Source of the DNA: Euprymna scolopes
Taxonomy: Eukaryota
Reading direction: 5' to 3' (one strand)
DNA length: 64,000 bases
Assembly: GCA_053919585.1 (NCBI GenBank)
Contig: CM132814.1
Shown one piece after another: positions 52,345-64,000 of the stretch. Made by a program: the position numbers and the translations under genes. The notes below the pieces were generated by a model. The model did no database searches, was not told the DNA's origin, and was given only the letters and a program-made list of their open reading frames with translations. Each line of letters begins with the position of its first letter. Position 1 is the first letter of the stretch.

Positions 52345-52867
52345 TCTATATAATAAAATGATCTCACTTTTTCCACTGCATTTACAGTTCCAATAGGGAA
52401 ACAACAGAACACTTCATTAATTAAAATCACTACTTAAAGCATTTCCTAAAGTGTGTTTTGCAAAAGTACGGAATTACTTTGGTAATTATTTTCGTTTTTC
52501 TTGAATTTCTGATAGTGATGAGGATTATGAAAACACCGACCACTTTGCACAAAATAAAAATATTTGACCACATCAGAATATGGTTAAGTCCAATTGATGA
52601 TAATGAACTTTAACAGACAATCTACATAATATAAACCAAAGTTTTCTTTTTAACCTAAATTAACTTAACCTTAAACTAAATTTTATTTTAAGCTTGCAGG
52701 GAGTGTGGGACAGAAAATACTCTAAGGCATTAAATATGGTTTCTTTACTTCATTTTATTGTAGGAAAAATTACATTTTTTAGGAAATTCCTTTTTTGTAG
52801 ATACTTTTTTAATTAAATATTTTTTTAAAATTTTATTTGAACAATGCTGAGACACAGGTCCTGCTAG
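52345..52867 (+). mobile_element. Possible degenerate Helitron-like element
   Basis: TCTATATAATAAAATG start and ctgCTAG^t end; hairpin poorly preserved. Confidence 0.35.
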
Positions 52868-55194
52868 TATTTATACATGTATTGTCCACATAAACTCTAC
52901 ATAACAAATAAAGTGTTAAGTAATAAGTTTCCAATGACAGTATTATATAGGGTAAATATTCAAGTCTCACGACAAGTGATACTAAGAATACAAGTAAGAA
53001 TTAAGACTTTTATGATGCCCAACAGAATGAGAACAAGTAACTAGTAATTAAAGAGTTCTATTCACAATTCAATACACATTTTGCAGTTCAACAAGACGCA
53101 TCAGAAGAAGGTTGGAGGTCACATCGATCGAAACATTGTGAGCATGGTAAGAAATAATTTAGCATATTATTCTACAGATTATTTTTTTTCTTAGAAAATC
53201 TACTTAAATGAGCAGTTTATGGTATAAAAACCAAAAAAATAAAAATTCTACAAAAAGAACTTTTACTTTATAACTGAAATCTATGACTGAATTTATAACT
53301 TTGTGAAAATGTATTTAAGATTGTGCTGTTCTAGTCAACGGAATTGTTTACCTTAGCGACATCAGATTAATCAGTAATCGCACTCGGATGATCTAATTTT
53401 TCAAAAATGTGTGTGAAATTATTATTATGGTGATTGTTTATTTGATGCATTCATAGACAATATTTGTTGTTACTTTTCCGTCCAGTTTTATGCAATAACA
53501 TTTAATTATGATAAGTACTATTTTTATAGAGGGTGTGTACTTTGCGTTTTGTTTTTTAGAACAGTCTAATTTTTTATCAACAATAAAGTGTGAGAATCTA
53601 TTATTAATGAGCGTTTGTTTTCATCAAGGAAATCTCAAAAATAAATCTTTTCTGTCATAAGTTCACATATCTTTAAATTTTATGATGTTACCATTTTTAT
53701 GGAGAATGAAATGCCATCAGCTTAAAATAAATATAAAGTGTATTTTTTATGCGAGTCAAGTCAAAAATAACTTTCATGACGAGATGTGTGTCTATAAGTC
53801 TGCAAATGAATTTCACATTGTTCACACATTTCAAACACATTCTGAATATGAATCTTGCTTGAAATGTAAATTGCTATGAATTGAGTATCTAAAGTGATGT
53901 TTTTAACAATACAAAATGGATAATGGTTAATATTCTTGGCTTAAAATTGCCTTATTTTATTTAATAATTACTTTATGAAAAAAAGGAGACTTTAAACAAA
54001 AAAAACGTTACATAATATTAATATCGAAAATTATCCTAATATTTATCATTAAATAACATGAGTAAGGTTTTATAATATTAAGATAAAAATTATGTTCTGT
54101 AAAAAGTAATGGTTATTATCACTTAAACATTCTTAAAAAAATAAAATGAATGACATTTTATAAATTTATTTGCATAAAAGTGTAACAATTAGATGTGCAT
54201 TAAAATTACATTAAAATAAAAATAATTTAAACAGTAGGTATATAAAGCTATTTAACTCAATGTATTCGATATTTAACCAATTTCAATTTATTTTACTGTA
54301 ACATTGTTACTACTAGTTAGTTTCCAATTATATTTTGCATTGCATTTCGTCTTTGGTGAAAAGACGGTCTCATATTTTTAACAGGGATTTTAAAGGTATG
54401 TCAAGTGAACAAACGTATACAAATGCTGAACCTTATTGAATAAGATTCTTAATTTTGAACGATGGAGCGATTAAAACATGACTGTTCAATTCATGATTCT
54501 CAATTTTCTAGTATTTAGTCTTAATATTTGTCGTCCTCTCACATGCAGATAATTACTCATGAGACAATTGTCTTTGTAATTAATCCTACTTATGGAATGA
54601 ACTATTACTTGTGGCTGATTTATAAAAATAATAAATTGATTGTGACAAGAATAAATTAAATAATTTCTAACGCAATAACAGTATGAGAACTATGACAATA
54701 TGAAAAGTATGAGAGAAATGGTTCTTTTTTATTCACGCCAAACAAAGCATATTGTGACTGAAGCATAAAGAGCTACTGTAATGGGTGGTTCCATAAAAAT
54801 GCAATCATTTGAAGCCTCTAGCGCTGCTCTGCGACTTTTAGTTTCGGAGGAGATAGAGTTTGAAAATATGGATACAGACAGACAGACATATAGCCTTTTA
54901 TATATTAGATTTTGCAGAAATTTCTAGAAATATTAAAAGATCACAATTAACTTAGTTATTGTGTGTTACTATTTGACTTTTATGTATTTTTTATGTTTTA
55001 AAATTTTCTCAGACCCCCCCCCCCCAAGAGTTCATTCAAATATTATGTTCCTTCCGTCAATATTTATGATAGGGTGTGTACATTTAAAAAGAACATAATA
55101 CTTAATGAGTATTTTATTTTTTCCACAAGCTTAAAATTACCCCCTCGCCACTAAAAAAATAACAATCTTAAGCTCCAAAAGTTTTCATTTTTAA

Positions 55195-55533
55195 ATAATT
55201 CATAATGTACACATTTCACAATTTTCATAATTAATATGTGCACATTTCATAATTTTCATAATGTACAAATTTCATAATTTTCATAATGTACACATTTCAT
55301 AATGTGCACATTTAATAATTTTCATAATTCATAATGTACACATTTAATAATTTTCATAATTCATAATGTGCACATTTAAAAAATTTCATAATTCATAATG
55401 TGCATATTTCATAATTTTCAGTGTGTACAAATCTCATAATTAATGTGCTAATTTTCATAATGTGCACATTTCATAATTTTCATAATTCATAATGTGCTAA
55501 TTTCATAATTCACATTGTGTACATTTCACAATT
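55195..55533. repeat. Degenerate AT-rich minisatellite (ttcataatgtgcacatttcataatt-type units)
   Basis: Irregular tandem reiteration of ttcataat and gt(a/g)cacattt. Confidence 0.85.
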
Positions 55534-57163
55534 TCTTGAGGTTCTTATTTTAATTTTAGATTCTTTAAAAAATTTAAACATTCTTTTATAATTTCTATTT
55601 ACACAAGTAAACCTTTTAATTCACTATTAGGCATTTGTATGCCTCAAAGGTTTCTCTAATCTATATAAGCCACTTCATGTTCGTACATATGTTATCACCT
55701 TTCACACACAATGATATCGTCTAATCAGCAAAGATGGTGATTGGTGATTAATCTGATAGCAGTAAGGTAAAAATACCGACTTTACTCATTTTAAAATAAA
55801 TTGTTTAAAAATCAAATTATGTTGTCCAATTGATTAAAACAGTACAATTTTAAATACTTTTAAAAAAGTAGCATTCGTTTTATTGATTTAACTGAAGATT
55901 ATTTTTACGGTAAGAAGACAGAATATTTATCATTTTAAAAAGAATTAAATTGCCACAGTTTTAAAAACATAAAGAAGGAATATATTCCTGTCAATTATTT
56001 AAAGATTATTTTGCTGAAAAGCCATTTTTTTACAAAAGAAGAAAAAGAGTAATTTTTTTTTATTAGTATTGACCTGAGAGGCATTTATTATTTAAAAATA
56101 AATATTATTATGTGGATTGATATAGAAAGCACTGTAGAATTTCCACAAGGTTTTGCTAGTTCTAATTATTATAAAATGTTTTAAACTAAAATTAAAAAAC
56201 GATCTCAAATTATTTAAATTTAGAAGAGTTTTTCATAAGTTTCACCTACTTAAGAGGTTTGAACACCTGTTTTAATTTGCCTGGAATTCTCAGGACTTTT
56301 GTATCTCTGCTACTATTCAGTTTTAAAAAATCTGCCGCAAGCTAAAAAAAAGTAAAAAAACAAAACAAAAACAAAAAAACAAAACAAAAAAAAACAATCA
56401 AACAAACAAAAAACTCTAGTTTCTACCCTTCTCACTTGATAGACTGATGTCAAAGTCATTAGTTTCAAATTACTTGCCCCACACTTGCTAATTCAACAAA
56501 TTTTCAGACTTACAAATTTCATGGACCAAGAAATTATTAAATAGGTCAAAAGTTGCCTTTTCCAAGCAAAATATTATATTGCTTTTTTTTTTTTTTTTAA
56601 ATAATAATAACTGTAAGTAATAGTAATTGATTATAAATTAGTTGAGTTATCAGTGCAGCCAACTTTCAACCCTACAAATTCATAATTTCCTGTGTGCGAC
56701 AGTGCAACACTAAATGCCACCCAGGATGAAAATCTATCTTCTTCTCAATAAACTCACCAAACCTTTCCTGCGAATTCCCGAAGATTTAAACTACATAGCT
56801 TGAAATATGATAAATTTTCTTTGGAAGTCATTTATTGAGTTTAGTCAAGATTTTTATGGGGTGGATGTCCTTCCTGGTGTCAACAAAATGAGGTGATAGG
56901 GACCAGTGTTTTTATTAAAATACCATCTCTAGGCGATTGCACCTTCAGCCAAGGGAAGGGTCTATCAGGTATGTGTATGTTTGTATGAATGTATAGGAAC
57001 GTTTATATNNNNNNNNNNNNNNNNNNNNNNNNNNNNNNNNNNNNNNNNNNNNNNNNNNNNNNNNNNNNNNNNNNNNNNNNNNNNNNNNNNNNNNNNNNNN
57101 NNNNNNNNNNNNNNNNNNNNNNNNNNNNNNNNNNNNNNNNNNNNNNNNNNNNNNNNNNNNNNN

Positions 57164-57839
57164 TATGGTTGACTATTTTAAAAAACTGATTACATATAAT
57201 GATAGAAAATGTATCGAGACAGAGGAATGGGTATATTTGATCTGGCAGAACGGAAGGGTCTGCATCCGCACCTGGTCCACAAAGTATGGAAATAAAAAAT
57301 TAAAAAAAAACGTTTACAAGTGTTTTTGATATAGATGTACATAAGAATACTTTGATAAGTATGTTTTAACTTAAATAGGGATGGTATAATAAAATTTTGG
57401 GGTCTGCGTTTGCGCCTGGCCTCCATAGAATGGAAATAGGCACAAACTTTAATAAAGACTTTTCATATCTATCTGCGTAAGTATACTTTGATAATTATGT
57501 TTCAGTTTGAAGAAATATGGTATAATAAAATTATGTGTTCGTTCGCGCCTAACCTCCATAGAATGGAAATATGTCACAAAGTTTAACAAGGTTTTTTAAT
57601 ATAGATCCATAGAATATTGTGATAAGTGTTTCAGTGTGAACAGGTATGGTATAATAAATTATGGGGTTTATCTATTTTATTTTTACTTTCACCATATTTT
57701 GCTTTTGTTTTGATACCCCCAAATTCGAAGCTATCTCTTTACAACCCTTCCTTTTCATAACCTATCATACTTTCATAAATCAGAGTCCATTTTCTGTAGG
57801 CTGTTTTTGAACCCAGTCAACGACGGGTACTTTTGCTAG
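57164..57839 (+). mobile_element. Non-autonomous Helitron-like element (short form of 40026-42005; 5' end lies in a gap)
   Basis: Reverse-complement homology to 41500-41950 and 40026-40150; hairpin acccagtcaacgacgggt + CTAG^t. Confidence 0.85.
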
Positions 57840-57875
<36 letters not shown>

Positions 57876-57934
57876 CTATTTATATATATTGGGTAAAAAG
57901 ATAAAATTATCGCCCTAAAGAAAAAACCACTATT

Positions 57935-58437
57935 GGAACCATGTAACTCAGTACTACCTGCCTCATGGTCGGGTCACCGGCGACTAAACTGGTTCCCCCA
58001 CCAGACTTGTTTGGTGAGGAGGGCGGCTAGTCTCCCTCAAGGATTAAAAACAAGACCTTCCAAAGGGTGAATGAACTCTTTTTCTGGGTCAACGGCCAAC
58101 TAGCACCGTGTATATTTGTGTGTCTGTATATGTGTATTGGGGTGGAGAGGGCTCCCGTAAGCCGTGGTGAAGGCAACCTTTCTAGGAGAAGCAAATCTCT
58201 GATTTAAAAAACCATAAAGCGGAAGACCAGTACCCACATTAAGCTGGCCTGCAGTTTAATTTGTTGCTGGCTATCTTGCTCTTGCTTGTTGCTGGATCTC
58301 AACATTTTGAACCGAGAGAGAGACAGCTGTCGTATAAAGTTAAGACTCTGTAACATCATATTTGTATAGATACTCCCTCAGACATTTGGGCTCATGGATT
58401 TTAAATGTCTGAGGGAGTGGCATTCGTCTGACAAGAC
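57935..58437 (+). mobile_element. RTE-derived short retroelement (copy B)
   Basis: Colinear with 29779-30333; runs into an N gap. Confidence 0.75.
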
Positions 58438-58631
58438 NNNNNNNNNNNNNNNNNNNNNNNNNNNNNNNNNNNNNNNNNNNNNNNNNNNNNNNNNNNNNNN
58501 NNNNNNNNNNNNNNNNNNNNNNNNNNNNNNNNNNNNNNNNNNNNNNNNNNNNNNNNNNNNNNNNNNNNNNNNNNNCATGTAATGGACAGACCTTGGTCGC
58601 AATCCTCTGTTAAAAAAGTTCATATATGGGG

Positions 58632-58782
58632 AAAAAAAACGTTTTAAGGACGCTTGATCTCTTTGATGTATATGATGATGAGGATGAACACAAACATAAC
58701 GTATTATTTTTTTTACTTATGTTTATTTGTGTTCATCATCATCATCATCATCATGACTAAGCGTCCTTAAAATGTTTTTTTT
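58632..58782. repeat. Imperfect fold-back with (GAT)n/(ATC)n arms
   Basis: aaaaaaacgttttaaggacgctt / aagcgtccttaaaatgttttttt and gatgaacacaaa / tttgtgttcatc. Confidence 0.85.
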
Positions 58783-58847
58783 ATGTATTAATTTATTTAA
58801 ATTGATTTGAACATGAATAGGTAAAAGCAAATTATTTATATTGATTT

Positions 58848-59322
58848 AATTGGACCCACCATCACCGTCGTTGTGATCGCTGGGCAGTTCTTCTGTTTGG
58901 GATTTGCACAGACACCGCAACTCATGACCACCTGTTTTTACCTGTCGTGTGTTTTGGAGTTGTTTTTATTTATTTATTGTTAAGACTCTGATGAACAGCT
59001 TGTGTCCGACGCTGTATAACTTGACCTCTACTTCCTTGTGGGCCAAGGTTCTTTAACCAAAAGCTAAGGGTGAGGTAACCCTAACAGAAACCTCCAGAGA
59101 AGCTTAGGCCTTGTCAGCTGCGGCATGCATGGCCCACCAGTGTGTGGAATATGCTCTGGCGCCCAGCAACCTAAATCCCAGACATGGACCGAAAAGCGTT
59201 GGGGTGGAGAGAGTTCCCATAAACTGTGGTGAAGGTAACCCCTCTAGGAGAAGCAAATCTCTGATTAAAAAAACCATAAAGCAGAAGACCAGTATCCGCA
59301 TTAAGCTGATCTACCATTATTA
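58848..59322 (+). mobile_element. Second RTE-related short element (different 5' part, same ggggtggagag...tctaggagaagcaaatctctg module)
   Basis: 59198-59310 matches copies A-D; 58985-59163 matches the reverse complement of 60958-61130. Confidence 0.6.
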
Positions 59323-59360
59323 TATGCATATATGTATGTATGTGTGTATATATGTCTAGT

Positions 59361-59835
59361 CAGACTTGTTTGGTGAGGAGGATGGCTAGTCTCCCTGAAA
59401 GATTAAAAACAAGACCTTCCAAAGGGCGAATGAAGCCTTTTTTGGGGTCAACGGCCAACTAGCACTGTGTGTGTTTGTGTGTATGTATGTGTGTGTTAGG
59501 GTGGAGAGGGCTCCCATAAACTGTGGTGAAGGAAACCTTTCTAGGAGAAGCAAATCTCTAATTTAAAAAACCATAAAGCGGGAGACCAGTACCCGCATTA
59601 AGCTGGTCTGCAATTTAACTTGTCGCTGGCTATCTTGCTCTTGCTTGTTGCTGGATCTCAACATTTTGAACCGAGGGAGAGACTTAACTGTCGTACAAAG
59701 TTAAGACTCTGTAACATCTTCTTCAGGCATTTATCTATTAAAATGGTCCTGTGGCGATGAAAGTAATTTTTCGGCTCATGGACTTTAAATTTCTGAGGGA
59801 GTGGCACTTGTCTGACAAGACGTTGAAAATATCAT
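59361..59835 (+). mobile_element. RTE-derived short retroelement (copy C, 5'-truncated)
   Basis: Colinear with copy A from cagacttgtttggtgagg to ctgacaagacgttg. Confidence 0.75.
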
Positions 59836-60393
59836 ATATGTCTATATGTATGTGTATAAGTGTATATGTGCATGTATANNNNNNNNNNNNNNNNNNNNNN
59901 NNNNNNNNNNNNNNNNNNNNNNNNNNNNNNNNNNNNNNNNNNNNNNNNNNNNNNNNNNNNNNNNNNNNNNNNNNNNNNNNNNNNNNNNNNNNNNNNNNNN
60001 NNNNNNNNNNNNNNNNNNNNNNNNNNNNNNNNNNNNNNNNNNNNNNNNNNNNNNNNNNNNNNNNNNNNNNNNNNNNNNNNNNNNNNNNNNNNNNNNNNNN
60101 NNNNNNNNNNNNNNATGTGTGTTTTTATGTGTGTGTATGTATATATGTGCATGTGTATGTATATACATGCATGTGNNNNNNNNNNNNNNNNNNNNNNNNN
60201 NNNNNNNNNNNNNNNNNNNNNNNNNNNNNNNNNNNNNNNNNNNNNNNNNNNNNNNNNNNNNNNNNNNNNNNNNNNNNNNNNNNNNNNNNNNNNNNNNNNN
60301 NNNNNNNNNNNNNNNNNNNNNNNNNNNNNNNNNNNNNNNNNNNNNNNNNNNNNNNNNNNNNNNNNNNNNNNNNNNNNNNNNNNNNNNNNNNNN

Positions 60394-60919
60394 GGCCAAC
60401 TAGCACCGTGTGTGTTTGTGTGTATGTAGTGTGTGTTGGGGTGGAGAGGGCTCCCGTAAGCCGTGGTGAAGACAACCTTTCTAGGAGAAGCAAATCTCTG
60501 ATTTAAAAAAACCATAAAGCGGGATACCAGTACCCGCATTAAGCTGGTTTGCAGTTTAACTTGTTGCTGGCTATCTTGCTCTTGCTTGTTGCTGGATCTC
60601 AACGTTTTGAACCAAGAGAGAGACTTAACTGTCGTACAAAGCTAAGACTCTATAACATCATCTGTGTATAGATCCTCCCTTAGGGATTTGTCTATAAAAA
60701 TGGTCCTGTGGTGATGGAAGTCATTTTTGGGCTCATGGACATTAAGTGTCTGAGGGAGTGGCACTCGTCTGACAAGACGTTGCAATCATCATGTATACTA
60801 ATGACCGTTTATAGTGTCATGTCTGCTTGAGGGTGTGCAAGTCGCTGGCATCTTTGGGCACATGGACTTTCAGTGACTGAGGGAGTGGCACTCGTCTGAC
60901 AAGACGTTGCAATCATCAT

Positions 60920-60925
<6 letters not shown>
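60394..60925 (+). mobile_element. RTE-derived short retroelement (copy D) followed by a second 3' tail
   Basis: 60394-60792 is colinear with copy A; the tail ctgagggagtggcactcgtctgacaagacgttgcaat(cat)n recurs at ~60852-60925. Confidence 0.75.
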
Positions 60926-60957
<32 letters not shown>

Positions 60958-60960
<3 letters not shown>

Positions 60961-61130
60961 CACTAGAGCATACTCCACACGCCGGTGGGTCATGTATGCC
61001 GCAGCTGACAGTTTCTGGAGGTTTCTGTTAGGGTTACCTCACCTTTAGCCTTTGGTTAAAAAATATTGGCCCACAAGGCAGTGGAGGTCCAGTTATACGG
61101 CACAGGACTCTCGCCGTTCATTAGACCCCT
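60958..61130 (-). mobile_element. Inverted partial copy of the 58848-59322 element
   Basis: Reverse complement matches 58985-59163. Confidence 0.75.
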
Positions 61131-61139
61131 GTCTGCATG

Positions 61140-61812
61140 GCAGTGGTCACGACATGCACGTGGGGTTGATTTGTCTGGGAGAAGCACAGTATGACGCTAA
61201 GACATCTGTGTGCTTTTAACACCCGTCCACACTAGACCTTGCCCACCTAAGTCCCAGTCACGGATCAAATAGCATGATGGGTGGAGAGGGCTCCCGTAAG
61301 CCGTGGTGAAGGCAAACTCTCTAGGAGAAGGAAAACCCTGATATAAAACCTGCGATGACTGCTGCTTCCAATGATGTTGACTTGCTTTTTTTGGTTCAAT
61401 GTGGCAGTTGTTTAGAGAGTGGGATTGTCTCAGTGCAAAGTCTTTCCTCACTATAAAAAGCTTCAAGCACAGGCATTACTTCATATGCCATGGAATACAT
61501 ATTTTGACATCAGTGTGTATCTCGATAACAACAAGGCTGGCTGTAACCTGAAACGGCAAACAGATATTCAATGAGGACTGATGCAGATATGGGTGTGAAT
61601 GGCAATAAAGGCTCTGGAACTTCCAGGGTCTGGCCTGGTAGGTGTTCAGGACATCACAGCTTGGACCTGGTCATCAGTGGATGTGCTGGACTGTAGAGGA
61701 TTTATAGAGATGACCGTCTGGCACGTGCTGCTAGTTGTGCTCATGTTTGTGTCATTTGAACCAGAGATATATTAAGTAATGGCAATACTTCAGAACGAGT
61801 TGCTGCCATCAT
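61140..61812 (+). mobile_element. Third RTE-related short element sharing the gggtggagagggctcccgtaagccgtggtgaaggcaa...ctaggagaagg module
   Basis: Module at 61277-61350; GC-richer unique body ending in gccatcat; boundaries approximate. Confidence 0.45.
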
Positions 61813-62327
61813 ATATATATATTCAAAGAAAATTTATGAAGACTATTCAATGAATGATAACATTTAACAAGTTGTTTCCTCTGATAATATTCTATATTCA
61901 GAGTAAGTTGCATATCAGTGTCATGATATATTGCAGTGAATATTAAGCCATCATCCAACCCTCTTTCACTTGATTGCAGCACAATGACGAATCCATGATT
62001 AGATGTGAAATCTGACTAAACCCAACACATTAGATCAGAGGATTTGCTGAAAGCGTTCAAGCATAGAGGTTATCCTAAGGATGAATCAATTACACTGGTA
62101 TGGTCACATAGCACGTTCATCCTCTTGGGTAGATCGATGGAGAAGCATAGATGTCTTAAATTACAGGAAGGTGAGCTGTCCAAGGAAAATCTGGAAGTGG
62201 TTGGCCATAAGAGTAGAATTTGAAGACAGCTGAACCGTGAGAAGTGGAGAAAGCGTAATATCAGAAAACGTCTGAACACCCTAAACAAGAGAAAAGTGAT
62301 GTTAAATGGATGGAAGTAGGTAGTAAA

Positions 62328-62590
62328 CTAGAAGAATACCCGTCCCAGGACAAGTAAAAGTAACCCCCTGAACAGAAGAGTTTTGCATCACTTTTATGTC
62401 TCATTACTAAGATTAAAATCATGATATTACGATACTAAACCTTATGTTAATTTTGATCAAAATCAATTGCATATTTTGATTCTAAAGAAGAAATTAAAAT
62501 TTGAAGAACTTTACTTATTTGATGTCTAATAAGGAATTAGTTAAGGAATGAATCCTGTCTTGTACACATATCTAACTTTATATACATTCT
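62328..62590 (-). mobile_element. Short degenerate Helitron-like element (family of 411 and 44377)
   Basis: ACTAG + tacccgtcccaggacaagta hairpin; attagttaagg...aatcctgt...aactttatatac shared with 44905-44960. Confidence 0.6.
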
Positions 62591-63416
62591 AACAACGAAA
62601 CTATCTTGTAGCATATTTGACGATTAATTACTGAAAATGGTTATTGTACATGCAGTCTGTCTCTTTCTCTCTCTCTCAGGCCACCCTCTTTAATGAAGAT
62701 AGACTAACTGAAGTTTAGTATTTTCTGAATCACTGACTATGAAAAATATGTTCTAAAATGTGGGTGAAAATGTATGTAATCTGACATATTCACGATGTTT
62801 ATTGATACATAAACAAAATAAGAATGAACCATCTGTTGTGCAAATAAGTTTATGAAGGGTTTTCCTACAAACTCTACGTGATTCATATTTAATGCTTAAA
62901 CATGATTATTTAGCAAAAACAGATTTTCAGTGATGTTCTCATTTTCAGCTCAAGGAAGACTCAGGTAAATATGGTAGCTCAACAATCAACTATGATCACT
63001 TTCAGTTCAAGGAAGACTAAGGTAAATTGTTAAAAATGTTCTTACGAAAGAGGGATATGGTGTTGGTAGCTTAAACACTCAACTACACTGCACCACGGGT
63101 CGTATATAAAGTACTTAGTGAAATTCACTTGTAAAAGTTACATTTCTGTGGGGCGACCCAAAAATATAAATGCAAATTATTTAGGACTTCTACCTCGTCA
63201 TAGCTGACGAAACAAGAGCATGCTACCCCAATAGATTAAATAAACGGTTCTATTTGAAATTCCATTGAGATTCCCAAGTTTAACATAAAAATTCTCCAGT
63301 TCAATTGTTATTTTTTAAATTTTAACCCTAAACTAATCTTATGCTAACATAATCGGTTTTTATCTGGTTCAAAAGATGTACCAGTACAAAGAAATCTGCT
63401 TCAACTAGTAATAATT

Positions 63417-63703
63417 TCTACTAATATATAAAAGACAATTTGTATGTGTGTATGAGAGAGTGTGCATGTGTGTGAGTTTGTTTCCTATGTACTCCAAAAC
63501 AGCTAAGCCGACTTTTTAAAAATTTCACACAAATGTACTTTATGTAATATGTATTCTTATATTAGTTTCATATCGGAATGCCTTTGATAAGTATCGAAAA
63601 TCCAAAAAAAAATTAACTAAAGAAGGAGCAGTCAAATTTTGACCAAAGTTAACACTCAAGTACATTTAAGACGTTTTATCACAGCACAAGCAGAAAGGCC
63701 TAG
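63417..63703 (+). mobile_element. Short Helitron-like element
   Basis: TCTACTAATATATAAAAG, (TG)-rich tract, ccgactttttaaaaatttcacac, ends ggcCTAG^t. Confidence 0.55.
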
Positions 63704-64000
63704 TAAAAAAAATAAACAGCAAATTCTTTGATAAGACAGGGGCATGTTCGAAATGAATGTTTCTGTTTATAGCACAACTGAACTCTGATACTTGACTTTT
63801 CCTTTTTAAACTTTAATTAAAGCCATTATATAGAAAAATAATTTTATAAAATCAACAGTAGGTTCTCTACAGTGTAATGTAAACTACAATGGATTGTAGA
63901 CCAAGCCACTGCGAGGAGGCATGTGAAGTTTCCTTCCAATGTATCATGGTAGTCTCCAATTAGAGCAGGTAAGCAATCGATTCAATTGAAAACTGGGCAA

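Noticed and set aside
58988-59020. Hammerhead at ctgatga-acagc...gctgt
   Set aside because: Stem II is followed by ATAAC, not GAAAC, in both copies.
56981-60602. Long ORFs containing X runs
   Set aside because: Artefacts of reading through N gaps and TG/TA repeats.
62935-63085. ~58-bp local duplication (ttcag.tcaaggaagact.aggtaaat) resembling tandem mini-exons
   Set aside because: The AG...GT spacing is only ~17 nt with no further support; most simply a local tandem duplication.

Overview
AT-rich, repeat-dense eukaryotic DNA. The repeat families resemble those I recall from cephalopod (octopus-type) genomes; this is an inference, not a search result. No intact protein-coding gene is recognisable. 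The first ~27 kb is a nested structure. An old Helitron-like element (from ~411) carries a 30-bp minisatellite. At an A^T site it is interrupted by a head-to-tail pair of non-autonomous Helitron-like elements (1083-27833). The first of these contains a ~25-kb satellite of 19-bp/14-bp monomers, organised into seven higher-order blocks that each restart with a copy of the element's 5' end. The remaining 37 kb holds many short Helitron-like elements (TC...hairpin-CTAG), RTE-derived short retroelements whose 5' end folds like an HDV-type ribozyme, and Penelope-type minimal hammerhead motifs, two of them in long inverted repeats. It also holds several long palindromes, decayed LINE and hAT fragments, microsatellites, six N-gaps, and two phase-compatible candidate exons on the minus strand.
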